58,747 bases of DNA from a virus (Duplodnaviria; Caudoviricetes). The DNA is taken from the IMG/VR virus record IMGVR_UViG_3300048839_000819, positions 1 to 58,747 of that record. One strand, 5' to 3'. How positions within the stretch are numbered: the stretch's first letter is position 1; every line of letters begins with the position of its first letter. This document shows, piece after piece, positions 25,894 through 35,236 of the stretch. The position numbers were made by a program, and so were the translations under genes. The notes beneath the pieces were generated by a model that was given only the letters and a program-made list of their open reading frames with translations, was not told where the DNA came from and did not search any database.

Positions 25894-27609
25894 TTAATAT
25901 CCAATTGAGGAAAAAACAGTACTGGACAATCTGCAAATTTGATTAGAGTCCAAAACAATATCCCCAGATTCATCTTGTTCATAGATGACATAAACGTCCG
26001 TTGGTGATATTCCTGAAACGTCAAAAACAAGTACACCCGTTGTATAATTTACAGTGCCTGAAACCGTAGCCACAGAATGTTGTGTAACAATATTTCCAGA
26101 ACCATCGTCAGCAGCAATTAAAACGTCCTCTGTGCCGCTTACAGTCCCGTAAATATAAACACTGGAGGTTTTCACCGAGGTACAGTTTAAAGCCGTTCCC
26201 CAGTCATACAGCGAGTTGTAGGAGGTGCTTGCTGATTGTCTTAATTTCATGGTCAAGGACAAGTATTTTACGCCAGCAAGAGAATCAATGGCTTGAATAA
26301 CATTGGATGCTCTTTTAGATTCTCCCAGAAGAGACGTTGTTCCAAGAGTGAATTGATCAGTCAAAACTCCGTTTATATCACTTTGAACTTGCGTCAGTGC
26401 ATACCCAGAATTAACTACAACAGATAAATAAACAATTACATAGATAATGTCTGGGTCAACATATTCATATTTTACTGTCAGCATTGAATAATCTCTCATA
26501 GAAGCAGATAATGTTGTTTTGAAAGATGCTGTGGGCAATTGCCAGTTTTGTAAAATAGTAGATATTTTAACTGTGTTAAACATGTCATAATTTGGGGGGC
26601 TTTCCTCTGCTTCTCCCCAAACATTGACATCAGCCACGCTACTGTAGTTTTGTATAAAAGACACATAGTCTTTCTTTCTAGAAAGACTGCCCCCTGTGGC
26701 AAAAACATTAGGCGCTTCTGCTGCTATCTCTTCTGCTGTTTCAGCATCATCGCCACCTGTCATTGTGGTTGAATTTGTAACAGCAATAGTGGAAACTTCC
26801 ACCAAAGATTCATTGTATATTGTGGATCTTACAGTAGTTACTTTTCCTGTTTCGTAGATATTTCCTGAAAGTCCACTTGTGCTGATATATTTAACGGTTA
26901 TTGTTGAGCTTGTTCCAGGAATAGCTCCATTTGTATTATCCCCAAACACGACTGTGATTGTGTCGTCTAAATTGCTTTTAATAGTAAAGTGAGAGTCTGT
27001 AGAACTAGAGCTTAGAAAGGATGAAACATATGTCCATTCCACGTCATCTACATACACCCTAAAAGTGCGAAATGGTAGCAAGGTTGTGTGGTCATCGTTG
27101 TCAACAGACGTGTCTGAAATATCAAACTCTTGATCTGCTGTACCATCAGATGTAAAAGTAAGCTCTGTAAGCTGCCCTTGAATAGCTGTTACATTATTGC
27201 TTGTTTGAGTTGTCTCAATGGTGATATCATAAATGGTTGTGAATATAATACCATCAGCGGTTTGACACTCAGTATATTGAGGTATAATTACTCTTGTAGA
27301 TGGAGCAGAAGGTACAGAAAAAACCAAAGTGCCAGTAGACCCTACGGGTCTTTTTGGCCTATAGTTTAAAAGTTTAACCAGATTAACAACACTGGATTTA
27401 TTACTTGCCAATCCTATGTAATTCTCGGTAGCTTGTCGCTCCAGATAGTACATAAGCATATTGCCAATACCAGCAACAAACTGTGTTAGAGTTGTTCCTG
27501 TTGCAGACTGGTAAGTGTCCTTCCAGGCGTTTGTAGCTTTCAATTTTGTTTCAAATTGAGAAACTATATCCGAGTATTCATAATTTGCATAATTTAGCTC
27601 TGTGGGCAT
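25894..27609 (-). CDS. gp6: baseplate wedge protein (T4 gp6 / baseplate J-like)
   Basis: WKD...LNYRP...FGDNTNGAIP...GGDDAETAEEI. Confidence 0.88.
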   Translation of the reverse strand: MPTELNYANYEYSDIVSQFETKLKATNAWKDTYQSATGTTLTQFVAGIGNMLMYYLERQATENYIGLASNKSSVVNLVKLLNYRPKRPVGSTGTLVFSVPSAPSTRVIIPQYTECQTADGIIFTTIYDITIETTQTSNNVTAIQGQLTELTFTSDGTADQEFDISDTSVDNDDHTTLLPFRTFRVYVDDVEWTYVSSFLSSSSTDSHFTIKSNLDDTITVVFGDNTNGAIPGTSSTITVKYISTSGLSGNIYETGKVTTVRSTIYNESLVEVSTIAVTNSTTMTGGDDAETAEEIAAEAPNVFATGGSLSRKKDYVSFIQNYSSVADVNVWGEAEESPPNYDMFNTVKISTILQNWQLPTASFKTTLSASMRDYSMLTVKYEYVDPDIIYVIVYLSVVVNSGYALTQVQSDINGVLTDQFTLGTTSLLGESKRASNVIQAIDSLAGVKYLSLTMKLRQSASTSYNSLYDWGTALNCTSVKTSSVYIYGTVSGTEDVLIAADDGSGNIVTQHSVATVSGTVNYTTGVLVFDVSGISPTDVYVIYEQDESGDIVLDSNQICRLSSTVFSSIGY

Positions 27610-27610
27610 T

Positions 27611-27991
27611 TTACACTCCTGAAACGTCTACAGATATAGCCTGAATTTCATTTGAGCCTAAAGGCGTATATGAAAGGTTTATTGTAGCTTCATTTGTATC
27701 TGGATCTATACTTACAGTTATATTTTTAATCTTAGCTCTAGGTTCAAAAGACTCAACCTGAGATTTCATTCTGGATGCCAATCTATCAAACTCTCCTTTA
27801 GTAGATAAGGAGAATATATAATTTGATATACCAAAACCAAACCAAGGCTCCATGAATCGGTCTCCAGGGCTGGTAAGAATGAAATTCTTTATAGACGCGC
27901 CAATAGCTTGGGCATTGTATACGTGCTTAACGTTGCCCTGGGCATCAGTAACCATTGCTGGATCTAAATCACTATATTGTATAATTGCCAT
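27611..27991 (-). CDS. gp25: baseplate wedge protein gp25-like
   Basis: YSDLD...SIKNFILTSPGDRFMEPWFG...FEPR. Confidence 0.9.
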   Translation of the reverse strand: MAIIQYSDLDPAMVTDAQGNVKHVYNAQAIGASIKNFILTSPGDRFMEPWFGFGISNYIFSLSTKGEFDRLASRMKSQVESFEPRAKIKNITVSIDPDTNEATINLSYTPLGSNEIQAISVDVSGV

Positions 27992-28033
27992 AGTTTAATT
28001 TTCTATATATAGTATATTCTATATCTTTATTTG

Positions 28034-28309
28034 TCAAACGTCAATATAAACTTTTCTGTCTGGAGGGTTTATGACAGCGCCACAGGCAGCGGTGGCACCC
28101 TCAGTTACTATCAGATTTCCGTTTATGAATGTCTTAGTAGTTATGGGTGTGATCGCCGTTGTTCCATGCCCCTCTACAGAGCATTGAAACAGTGCGCCAT
28201 CAACAGCCACAGCGGTAGAATCACTTTTTACCTTTGATTGCCCGGCTGATATTATTGATCCTGGATGTGAAGCAGGATCTCCTAAACATGCTATTTTTTT
28301 ACTAGCCAT
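28034..28309 (-). CDS. PAAR-like spike tip protein (gp5.4-like)
   Basis: IACLGDPASHPG...C..HG...GATAACGA. Confidence 0.88.
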   Translation of the reverse strand: MASKKIACLGDPASHPGSIISAGQSKVKSDSTAVAVDGALFQCSVEGHGTTAITPITTKTFINGNLIVTEGATAACGAVINPPDRKVYIDV

Positions 28310-28313
28310 AAAA

Positions 28314-28955
28314 TTAATTTAGGTTTATAGAAGTGTCCCCAGTTAATGTTATTTCATCGGCTTGCACTGAAATACTACCTCCCCCTGTCACAGTTGTACT
28401 TCCAGCGGCTACTATAGCTATGCCCCCTGTTACAGTTGCTATCATATCTCCAGACACAACGGCCTTTAGGTCGTTGTCTGTGTTTAGTGTTAAATCGTTT
28501 TTAGAGGTTATTGTGATATCACCAGTATTATCATTTATGACTATGGTTATACCATTAGGCGTTTTAAGTACAGTAGTTTCAGGGTAATTGAGGCTTACAG
28601 CCTCAGAAGGTATTACAGCTACTCCATCTATGGCATTTGCAAAATAAACAGGGGAAAATATGTTCCCGCCTTCAAAGAAAACAAATACTTTTGAGTTCAC
28701 ACTAGGTATGCTTATAGACCCTGCTGATGAAGAAGCCCCATAGAATAACGGTGTGGCTGGAACAGCCCAGGGAATGTCATCTAAAGACATTCCCTCAATA
28801 GCAACTGAGGTTTGAGAGTTAATGGTGGTTGCTGTATCCTTACCTACGATGTAAGGGGGCACCTCTACCTTTAAACGCCCGGATTTAATAGACTCACTTG
28901 CATCCGTAGCTAAGACTGTTCCTCTGTATATTCCTGTTAATTCTTTGAAATCCAT
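28314..28955 (-). CDS. baseplate central spike (gp5/VgrG OB-fold plus beta-helix)
   Basis: YRGTV...GRLKVEVP...PWA...VFVFFEGG...PVY. Confidence 0.85.
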   Translation of the reverse strand: MDFKELTGIYRGTVLATDASESIKSGRLKVEVPPYIVGKDTATTINSQTSVAIEGMSLDDIPWAVPATPLFYGASSSAGSISIPSVNSKVFVFFEGGNIFSPVYFANAIDGVAVIPSEAVSLNYPETTVLKTPNGITIVINDNTGDITITSKNDLTLNTDNDLKAVVSGDMIATVTGGIAIVAAGSTTVTGGGSISVQADEITLTGDTSINLN

Positions 28956-28961
28956 AGTTTG

Positions 28962-30251
28962 TTATGCTCTATTTTTCCTATTTTTCTGATCAACTTGTTC
29001 TAATGTTGTATTGATGTCTACATTTGATCCACTTCTGGTTAAAAGAAACTTTGTTCTGTGCCATATATCAAATGTATGAACAACTCGTTCTATCATCCAT
29101 TTTCCTACAAATCTTCCTTGATACATCTCAGACGGAGATATTGGGTCTAATGAGGCAATATCAATAATATCCCCTGGATATACATTGTGAGTGCCCCATG
29201 TAGTTACCCACAACTTAGACAAGTTTAACATTTTTTTGGATAAATATCCAGAGGTTTTATATACAAAATTATTAGAAATCTCACTAGTTCTATTTGACGT
29301 GAAATCAAAACTTGCTGATGTATCCTTGTCCTCAACATCCAAATCATAATAATTAGCCAAGGAAGAAACATCCTGTTTAATGTTTGAATTTTCCTTCAGC
29401 TTGGATTCAACTATTTTGTACTTGCCCGTCTCAAAGTCAAAGTACCCACAAGCCTGTGTTCTGCCACCGGTTACTCTGTGAATGCCATAATTCCCTACCG
29501 CCTTATAGTCCAGGATAGGCAAAATAGCTTCTTTTTTCTCATTAACTACGGCAGAAGGTATCGTTGCTAAAATATACTTTGGTTTGCTATCTAAAAACTC
29601 ATTTATTGGTTTAAAAACTAGACTACTAGAATTCAAATTTGGTTTGATGTACGTATAATACCCAGATTCACTATTTTTTCCTTCTAGGTAGCTTTTTAAC
29701 CAGTCTAAAAGTTGACCGTTTGTAATTAAGGGCTGTAATATCTTCTTAGGATAATTAAGACTGCCACTTATTTCATTGTTCTTTAGGCCCATCTCGGACG
29801 CCATAGTGGACAGAGTTGTTGATATATTACCAGAAAAACTTCTACATTTTACAGGATTGAAAAAATTAGGTGTATTCAAAACACCTGTAACATGGTATTT
29901 TTTGGTAGAATCTGGGGAAGACCTCAAACCCAAAAAGTTAAAGGATATTACATCACCAGGAGTAGTATTCCATACAGAACCAAGAGTTACATTTAAAGTC
30001 AAGGCATCTCTATCAGGGGGGCTTTTGTGGCTTAAGAAATTTAAACCATCATTTATCTTTATATTAAACATGGGTAATAAGTAATTTATATCCAGAGTGA
30101 TTGTAAAATCACTTATTATTTTATCATCAATGGGAACTTGTAAATTTGTACTCTTATTTTTAGATCTACCAAAAATAAGATCAACATTGTATCCCGTTGT
30201 GGATAGAGGGTGCTGTGCACTATCTAAGTTTTCTATTGCGGTAGAGCTCAT
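28962..30251 (-). CDS. baseplate hub protein (gp27-like)
   Basis: Position; PGDII...GKWMIERVVHTF C-terminus. Confidence 0.65.
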   Translation of the reverse strand: MSSTAIENLDSAQHPLSTTGYNVDLIFGRSKNKSTNLQVPIDDKIISDFTITLDINYLLPMFNIKINDGLNFLSHKSPPDRDALTLNVTLGSVWNTTPGDVISFNFLGLRSSPDSTKKYHVTGVLNTPNFFNPVKCRSFSGNISTTLSTMASEMGLKNNEISGSLNYPKKILQPLITNGQLLDWLKSYLEGKNSESGYYTYIKPNLNSSSLVFKPINEFLDSKPKYILATIPSAVVNEKKEAILPILDYKAVGNYGIHRVTGGRTQACGYFDFETGKYKIVESKLKENSNIKQDVSSLANYYDLDVEDKDTSASFDFTSNRTSEISNNFVYKTSGYLSKKMLNLSKLWVTTWGTHNVYPGDIIDIASLDPISPSEMYQGRFVGKWMIERVVHTFDIWHRTKFLLTRSGSNVDINTTLEQVDQKNRKNRA

Positions 30252-30525
30252 GTATGTCTGCTAATGTTGGAATTTCTAATATATCACCAACGGAAATTTC
30301 AGAGAACGGGTTTTTTATATTATTATGTAGACATATGATCCACCAGTAAGATGTATTACCATAAGCATTGTGGCTTATTTTGTCTAATCTAGATATGTCT
30401 TGTTGTGAAACTTGATAGTACCCAACAGGATTTTTAGGTATAAAGCCATTGATTTTGGTATCCAAGAAATCCAACTGTGGTATGCTGTCTATTGTTACTT
30501 TTTCATAGAATTTACAGCGGCTCAT
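30220..30525 (-). CDS. baseplate LysM-like protein (gp53 / P2 gpX-like)
   Basis: RLDKISHNAYGNTSYWWIICLHNNI..P...GDILEIP. Confidence 0.85.
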   Translation of the reverse strand: MSRCKFYEKVTIDSIPQLDFLDTKINGFIPKNPVGYYQVSQQDISRLDKISHNAYGNTSYWWIICLHNNIKNPFSEISVGDILEIPTLADIHELYRNRKLR

Positions 30526-30532
30526 GTTTTTC

Positions 30533-31276
30533 CTATACTAAACTAGCTTTATCTATATCAGATTTTGAGAAAATTTCATATGTTTCAAAATCAACATCTA
30601 CAGAAGCTTTTACGGCACCATTTGCCCGTGAGAAATAAGGATACTGCGTAGCCACAATATTTCTTACAATGACATTACTAAAAATCCACTGGTTTCCTAT
30701 AGTTATATCCGTTTGCTCTCTGTACAAATCCGGACCCTCATAATTTTTTCCTGCTATATTTACTTTGTACGGAACTGGTCCAGGAGCATAAATAGCTACT
30801 TGGTCTCCAAAAGATCCTTCACTAAATATTGACTCTGGTAAGGGCAATTTCAACAATTCTTTTACAGGCTGTATAACCTCAGATTGAATGTCTTTTTCTG
30901 CTAAAAATTCTAAAGATATTTTGAATTTTAAAGGAGACGTTCCTGTCCAGCTTCTTCTAGAGGAAAATCTGCCCTGCAAGGATACACCAACAGCTTGTGC
31001 AGCGCTTTCAATGAGAGTAAATCCTTTTACAGCAGAAAATTCTGTCCAATTGCTTGATGTTTCAAACCTTATAGGTTTTTGCATATATCCTATGACCTGA
31101 CTAAAAGTAACTTTTTCATTTTTAGGGTTTTTTATTGTTCTGGTTCTTCTTTGCGTTTCTATAATTATTTTATACTGATCTGGAACACTGTCATCTTTAA
31201 CACCACAATATATGTCACCAGCAGAATTATCTGTTTGACTGTTAATAAAATTTTTGGAGTACGTTATATTTGCCAT
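30533..31276 (-). CDS. tail tube initiator-like baseplate protein (gp48-like)
   Basis: Position after the tape measure gene; beta-rich tube-fold pattern. Confidence 0.55.
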   Translation of the reverse strand: MANITYSKNFINSQTDNSAGDIYCGVKDDSVPDQYKIIIETQRRTRTIKNPKNEKVTFSQVIGYMQKPIRFETSSNWTEFSAVKGFTLIESAAQAVGVSLQGRFSSRRSWTGTSPLKFKISLEFLAEKDIQSEVIQPVKELLKLPLPESIFSEGSFGDQVAIYAPGPVPYKVNIAGKNYEGPDLYREQTDITIGNQWIFSNVIVRNIVATQYPYFSRANGAVKASVDVDFETYEIFSKSDIDKASLV

Positions 31277-31280
31277 TTAA

Positions 31281-33122
31281 TTATCCGTAGTATATAGTAG
31301 ATAAGTCCAGTGTGCCTCTTTTTGCAATCTCAGATATCATGGGATCGTATATCCCTAAATAATGATGCATCGCAGGAAGTATTTGTGATGTAGGCTTTGA
31401 TTCTTGTTTATTAGCTTCATTAATAGTATCAATTAGTTTTTGAACATCTGTTTTTTCAGAAGGCTTTTCTATATCTGTATTAAATTCAAGAATAGCTTTT
31501 TCAGAATTTTTTATTGATTCTTGTAAAGATTCTAAAGTAAATGACTGTTCAATAATTTTGGGTCGTATTTCAACAAAATTATCACTAGCTTTATTTTCTT
31601 TAGGTGTTTCCTCGCTAAAAGTTCCACCTAAAAGATTTGAAAGAGTTTCGGATACCTTTCCTTTTTTTATACTGCTTGTATCTATCCAGGCGCTACCTGG
31701 ATTCATGGCACTTTGTGACTGTATCTCTTTAACACGCTTTTTTTCTTTTTCTTTTGTATCTTGTGACCTTGTGTGTTCAAAAACAAGCCTTTGATATAAA
31801 AACTTATTTTTAAAGTTTTCAGCCTGCTCAGGCTCCAAAAATTCAGGATCATCACGAGGTAGTAACGTTCTTTGATAATATTTCTCAGACTCTGTATCAA
31901 CTAGATATTGGCTTATTGCTGATAAATTTTCATAAGTTTTGTATCCCTCTGGAAGCTCGTTTCTTTTTCTTTCTATTTCTTCCGCTTGTTTGGTCATCCT
32001 TCTACCCCACCAGCTATCTGTAGCCCAATCTTCTCCAAATTCTGATTTTATGTATTGATATATTGCATAACCAGCTCCCCCTAATGCAGCTACTATTGCA
32101 GTCTCTGCCATTAAAGGTCCAGCAACAGTTAATAGTCCCCTTATTGCTACAATACCAGCGGATGTTTTAAAATAATCAAGCGCAGATTCAATTATGCCTT
32201 TATCATCTACAGGAGATCCTTTTTCGGATGAGCCCTTTAAAACAGCTAAAAGTTCTTTAGTATACTCAGCCTTATAGGCTCCTTTATCCCAAAAATTAAA
32301 CAAGTCATTATAGAATGACCCTTTTCCTTTAAAAGGCAAAGATACACCACCACCATCAGCAGGACCCCCAGTACCTCCTCCCATACCAAAAGCTCCAGAA
32401 AAGGCCCTACCTATTCTGGACTCTTGCTCTGCATAAGCCTCTTCTTCGGCATCTGGATCATACCCTAGTCTTTGTGCTTTATTATATCTATCCCTACCAT
32501 AGAATTCTCGTTTTTCACGAGCGGTTTGCCAAGACGCAGAAGCTCTACTTAAAGTTCTAAAAGCATTATAGCCAAACCCTATTGTACTAGCGGCAACCTG
32601 CCCTAAAGGGCCAAGTGCCGTTCTAGCAGCTAAAGAAACCCCTCGTCCAAGTAATTCCCTTCCTCTGGAAATATAAGCTTGATCCATATAGCTTAAAAAA
32701 GCAGACTTTCTTATTCTAGGGGCACCAGCATAATTTATTGTTACACCACCAGGGCCTCCTCCCATGCCCCCAGCGCCACCAGTACCACCCCCCTCTTGTC
32801 CTTGAGAGTAGGGCGATGATGCATTATACTTTAGCTGAATGTTTAGAAGTTTAGCCTCTCTTCTTTGCCTTAAAGTGTTATATCTATTGAATTGAGAATC
32901 TTCTACTCTTGCAAAGTTTCTAATGATTTCAACAGATAAATCTACAAGCTCTTCCAAAGTTCTTATGACGCTGTCAACTAGAACTTTAAAGTTTATGACA
33001 TCATTATCACCAGCCCAATCCTGAGCATTTGCTATCATATCATTAAGGAAAGACATTTCCTCTTGATATGTAGCAATGTGTTCTCTTAACTCTTCTCTAG
33101 TATATCTAGGTTTATTGTCCAT
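31281..33122 (-). CDS. probable tape measure protein
   Basis: 613 aa, helical and Gly/Ala-rich; sits between the chaperone and baseplate genes. Confidence 0.6.
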   Translation of the reverse strand: MDNKPRYTREELREHIATYQEEMSFLNDMIANAQDWAGDNDVINFKVLVDSVIRTLEELVDLSVEIIRNFARVEDSQFNRYNTLRQRREAKLLNIQLKYNASSPYSQGQEGGGTGGAGGMGGGPGGVTINYAGAPRIRKSAFLSYMDQAYISRGRELLGRGVSLAARTALGPLGQVAASTIGFGYNAFRTLSRASASWQTAREKREFYGRDRYNKAQRLGYDPDAEEEAYAEQESRIGRAFSGAFGMGGGTGGPADGGGVSLPFKGKGSFYNDLFNFWDKGAYKAEYTKELLAVLKGSSEKGSPVDDKGIIESALDYFKTSAGIVAIRGLLTVAGPLMAETAIVAALGGAGYAIYQYIKSEFGEDWATDSWWGRRMTKQAEEIERKRNELPEGYKTYENLSAISQYLVDTESEKYYQRTLLPRDDPEFLEPEQAENFKNKFLYQRLVFEHTRSQDTKEKEKKRVKEIQSQSAMNPGSAWIDTSSIKKGKVSETLSNLLGGTFSEETPKENKASDNFVEIRPKIIEQSFTLESLQESIKNSEKAILEFNTDIEKPSEKTDVQKLIDTINEANKQESKPTSQILPAMHHYLGIYDPMISEIAKRGTLDLSTIYYG

Positions 33123-33124
33123 TT

Positions 33125-33289
33125 TTACTTTGATCTCAAGGACACTAATTTATCAGTATACCATTGCAGGTCCGTAACACTTAGATTTCTCAAATCTTGT
33201 ATACTTTGATGCAATCCATTCATTAGAAAAAAATAACGCTCTTTTATTAGATTAGAAGGCGTAATTTGTTCTGACAATGTAGTCAAATC
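33125..33289 (-). CDS. frameshift extension of the tail assembly chaperone (gp51 / gpGT-like)
   Basis: ERYFFLMNGLHQSIQDLRNLSVTDLQWY pattern; no RBS/start of its own; reached by a +1 shift at CCC_TTT_CGA. Confidence 0.6.
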   Translation of the reverse strand, partial: DLTTLSEQITPSNLIKERYFFLMNGLHQSIQDLRNLSVTDLQWYTDKLVSLRSK

Positions 33290-33959
33290 GAAAGGGAAGC
33301 AAAGACTGCTGCTCCTTCTTACAAGATGGGCATGTATGCTCGAAGAGCATGCTAGGCCCGTGTTTGTATTCTTCTTCGATCTTTTGTGCAATAAAGCGTA
33401 AGTCTGATACAGGAATTTTTCTAGAATCGAAAGCTTCCTTTTCTAGAGTATTATTCCAATGAGTTATGTTGTTAAGCATGTCGTAGATTGTAACAGTGAT
33501 TTCTGTTATAAAATCCGTTGACGGATTGAAACCGTCTTTAGTTGTAGGACATCTAACTATAATCTCTTTCTCCAACTTAGGAAGTTTTAAGATAAGTTCC
33601 TTGGAAGAGCTGTCCTTTAGAATATCTACATTGAGGTCTCTCAAATCAACTGTTTTTGTGTAATCTTTCAAGCATGATTCACATTTGATATTCACAGGAT
33701 ACTCAGGTGAGTAAGAGTTTATGGCGTGCCAAAGAATGACGTACAAGGTATCACCATCGGTGAGCTTGGTGATGTCATCCACACCTTCTAATGTATCTTG
33801 TATAACCTCAAGTAGTGCTTTTGAAGTTTGCGCTTCTGGTGAAAGCATAACCTTTTCTTCATCTGCACCAATCATAGTCCTTATACCTATCTTACCTTTA
33901 AGTTCAGGATAAGGAACAAATCTAGACGGTAAATCTAAAGCATGATAATTAAAACTCAT
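33252..33959 (-). CDS. baseplate hub assembly / tail assembly chaperone (gp26-like)
   Basis: LPSR...IRTM...DE...LTDGD...CESC...VDL...CPSC. Confidence 0.8.
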   Translation of the reverse strand: MSFNYHALDLPSRFVPYPELKGKIGIRTMIGADEEKVMLSPEAQTSKALLEVIQDTLEGVDDITKLTDGDTLYVILWHAINSYSPEYPVNIKCESCLKDYTKTVDLRDLNVDILKDSSSKELILKLPKLEKEIIVRCPTTKDGFNPSTDFITEITVTIYDMLNNITHWNNTLEKEAFDSRKIPVSDLRFIAQKIEEEYKHGPSMLFEHTCPSCKKEQQSLLPFRFDYIVRTNYAF

Positions 33960-33986
33960 AGTAAAGCCTCCAATAATAAAATTACT

Positions 33987-34598
33987 TTATAAATTAAATA
34001 TATTATCTGTGATGTCAGTTCCAGATTCAGGATATATTCTATCAAATTTTATGTTAATTGCAAGTAGCATTCTTCTTTCTTGTTCAAAGGTGAAAGAATA
34101 TGAATAGGTATTTAGTGGATAACAATCTCTAAGTATAATTTTATTGGTAACTTCATCTTTTCTGTCTACTAGAGCAACCGTTATTGATTTTTTATAATCT
34201 TTTGTAGCTGAGTAGAAACTTTCTTGTAAAATTAAACCTCTCCATTTATTAAAATAACTTGATACAATATCTGGTGTAGGAATGACAAACTGAAAGTTTG
34301 CCATTTTAGAGTTTAGTCTTCCTGGGAAGTTCTTGTCGTACAGACCAGCTTTGATCAACTCTGGAGAACCAAATGAGTAGTCATCAACAGAGCAAGCTTG
34401 ACAAAGATCGTTTATTCTTCTACTTGATTTTAAATCCGTAAATCCCGCATATGGGAAGAATACTTTAAAATCATAGGGCCTTTGTATTGGCCCTATGATT
34501 TCACTTGGTTTAACTATCTCAGACGTATCTTGCTTTTTTAAAAGTTTAGTTTTACGTCTTACGTATAGGTTTTCTAATTGATGAAATGGAAATGCCAT
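33987..34598 (-). CDS. tail tube-like protein (gp54-like)
   Basis: QRPYDFKV...YFNKW...DYKKSI...DCYP tube-fold motifs. Confidence 0.7.
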   Translation of the reverse strand: MAFPFHQLENLYVRRKTKLLKKQDTSEIVKPSEIIGPIQRPYDFKVFFPYAGFTDLKSSRRINDLCQACSVDDYSFGSPELIKAGLYDKNFPGRLNSKMANFQFVIPTPDIVSSYFNKWRGLILQESFYSATKDYKKSITVALVDRKDEVTNKIILRDCYPLNTYSYSFTFEQERRMLLAINIKFDRIYPESGTDITDNIFNL

Positions 34599-34620
34599 AT
34601 TTTCACGTTAAGTCTTTTCT

Positions 34621-35190
34621 TTAAGAAATTAGTGAAGATCCAGCGGCCAAAGCAGCTTGAGCCACACCCAAAATAGACAAACCAGTATCAAGTGTCCAGA
34701 AATCAAAAGAAAGAGTTGCACTTATGATAATATGTGTATCTGAATCCTGCTGAAGAGGAACTTCTTGAATGTTTTCAAGATAGCAACCCCAAATCTTGTA
34801 AGTTTCAGCAACTGCACCATCTTTGTTGATCATCTGTAGATCAACATTTCTTTTGATAAGGGCATCTCCAACACCTACACCTGATAAGGTGTTCTGAATC
34901 AATTGAGACCATGCATACAACTCAGCATGGGACCCTCTGTCCTCAGACTCATTGAAAGTCACAGGAAGGGTGTGTGTGTAAACTTCTTTTCCTGGATAAG
35001 ACACACCACCAGTGCCCCTAAAGGGCACAACAATCTTTCCAAAACCCCTAGATGGTTTTGAAGTTGACCTGCATCTGATGGTCCAAACGGCCCTATCTCC
35101 ACCAGGAGAACTAGGCACTTTCATTTCCCAAAGCCATCCACGAGCTGGATTTAAATTTGCTCTTAGAGCAACTGAACTTAACGTAGGCAT
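34621..35190 (-). CDS. gp19: tail tube protein
   Basis: NPARGWLWE...RCRSTSKP...PFRG...YPG...W...LSFDFW; directly follows the sheath gene. Confidence 0.85.
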   Translation of the reverse strand: MPTLSSVALRANLNPARGWLWEMKVPSSPGGDRAVWTIRCRSTSKPSRGFGKIVVPFRGTGGVSYPGKEVYTHTLPVTFNESEDRGSHAELYAWSQLIQNTLSGVGVGDALIKRNVDLQMINKDGAVAETYKIWGCYLENIQEVPLQQDSDTHIIISATLSFDFWTLDTGLSILGVAQAALAAGSSLIS

Positions 35191-35236
35191 TTTATAACTC
35201 CTAATTTTCCAATAAAGCAGTTTCCTGATTTAGTTA

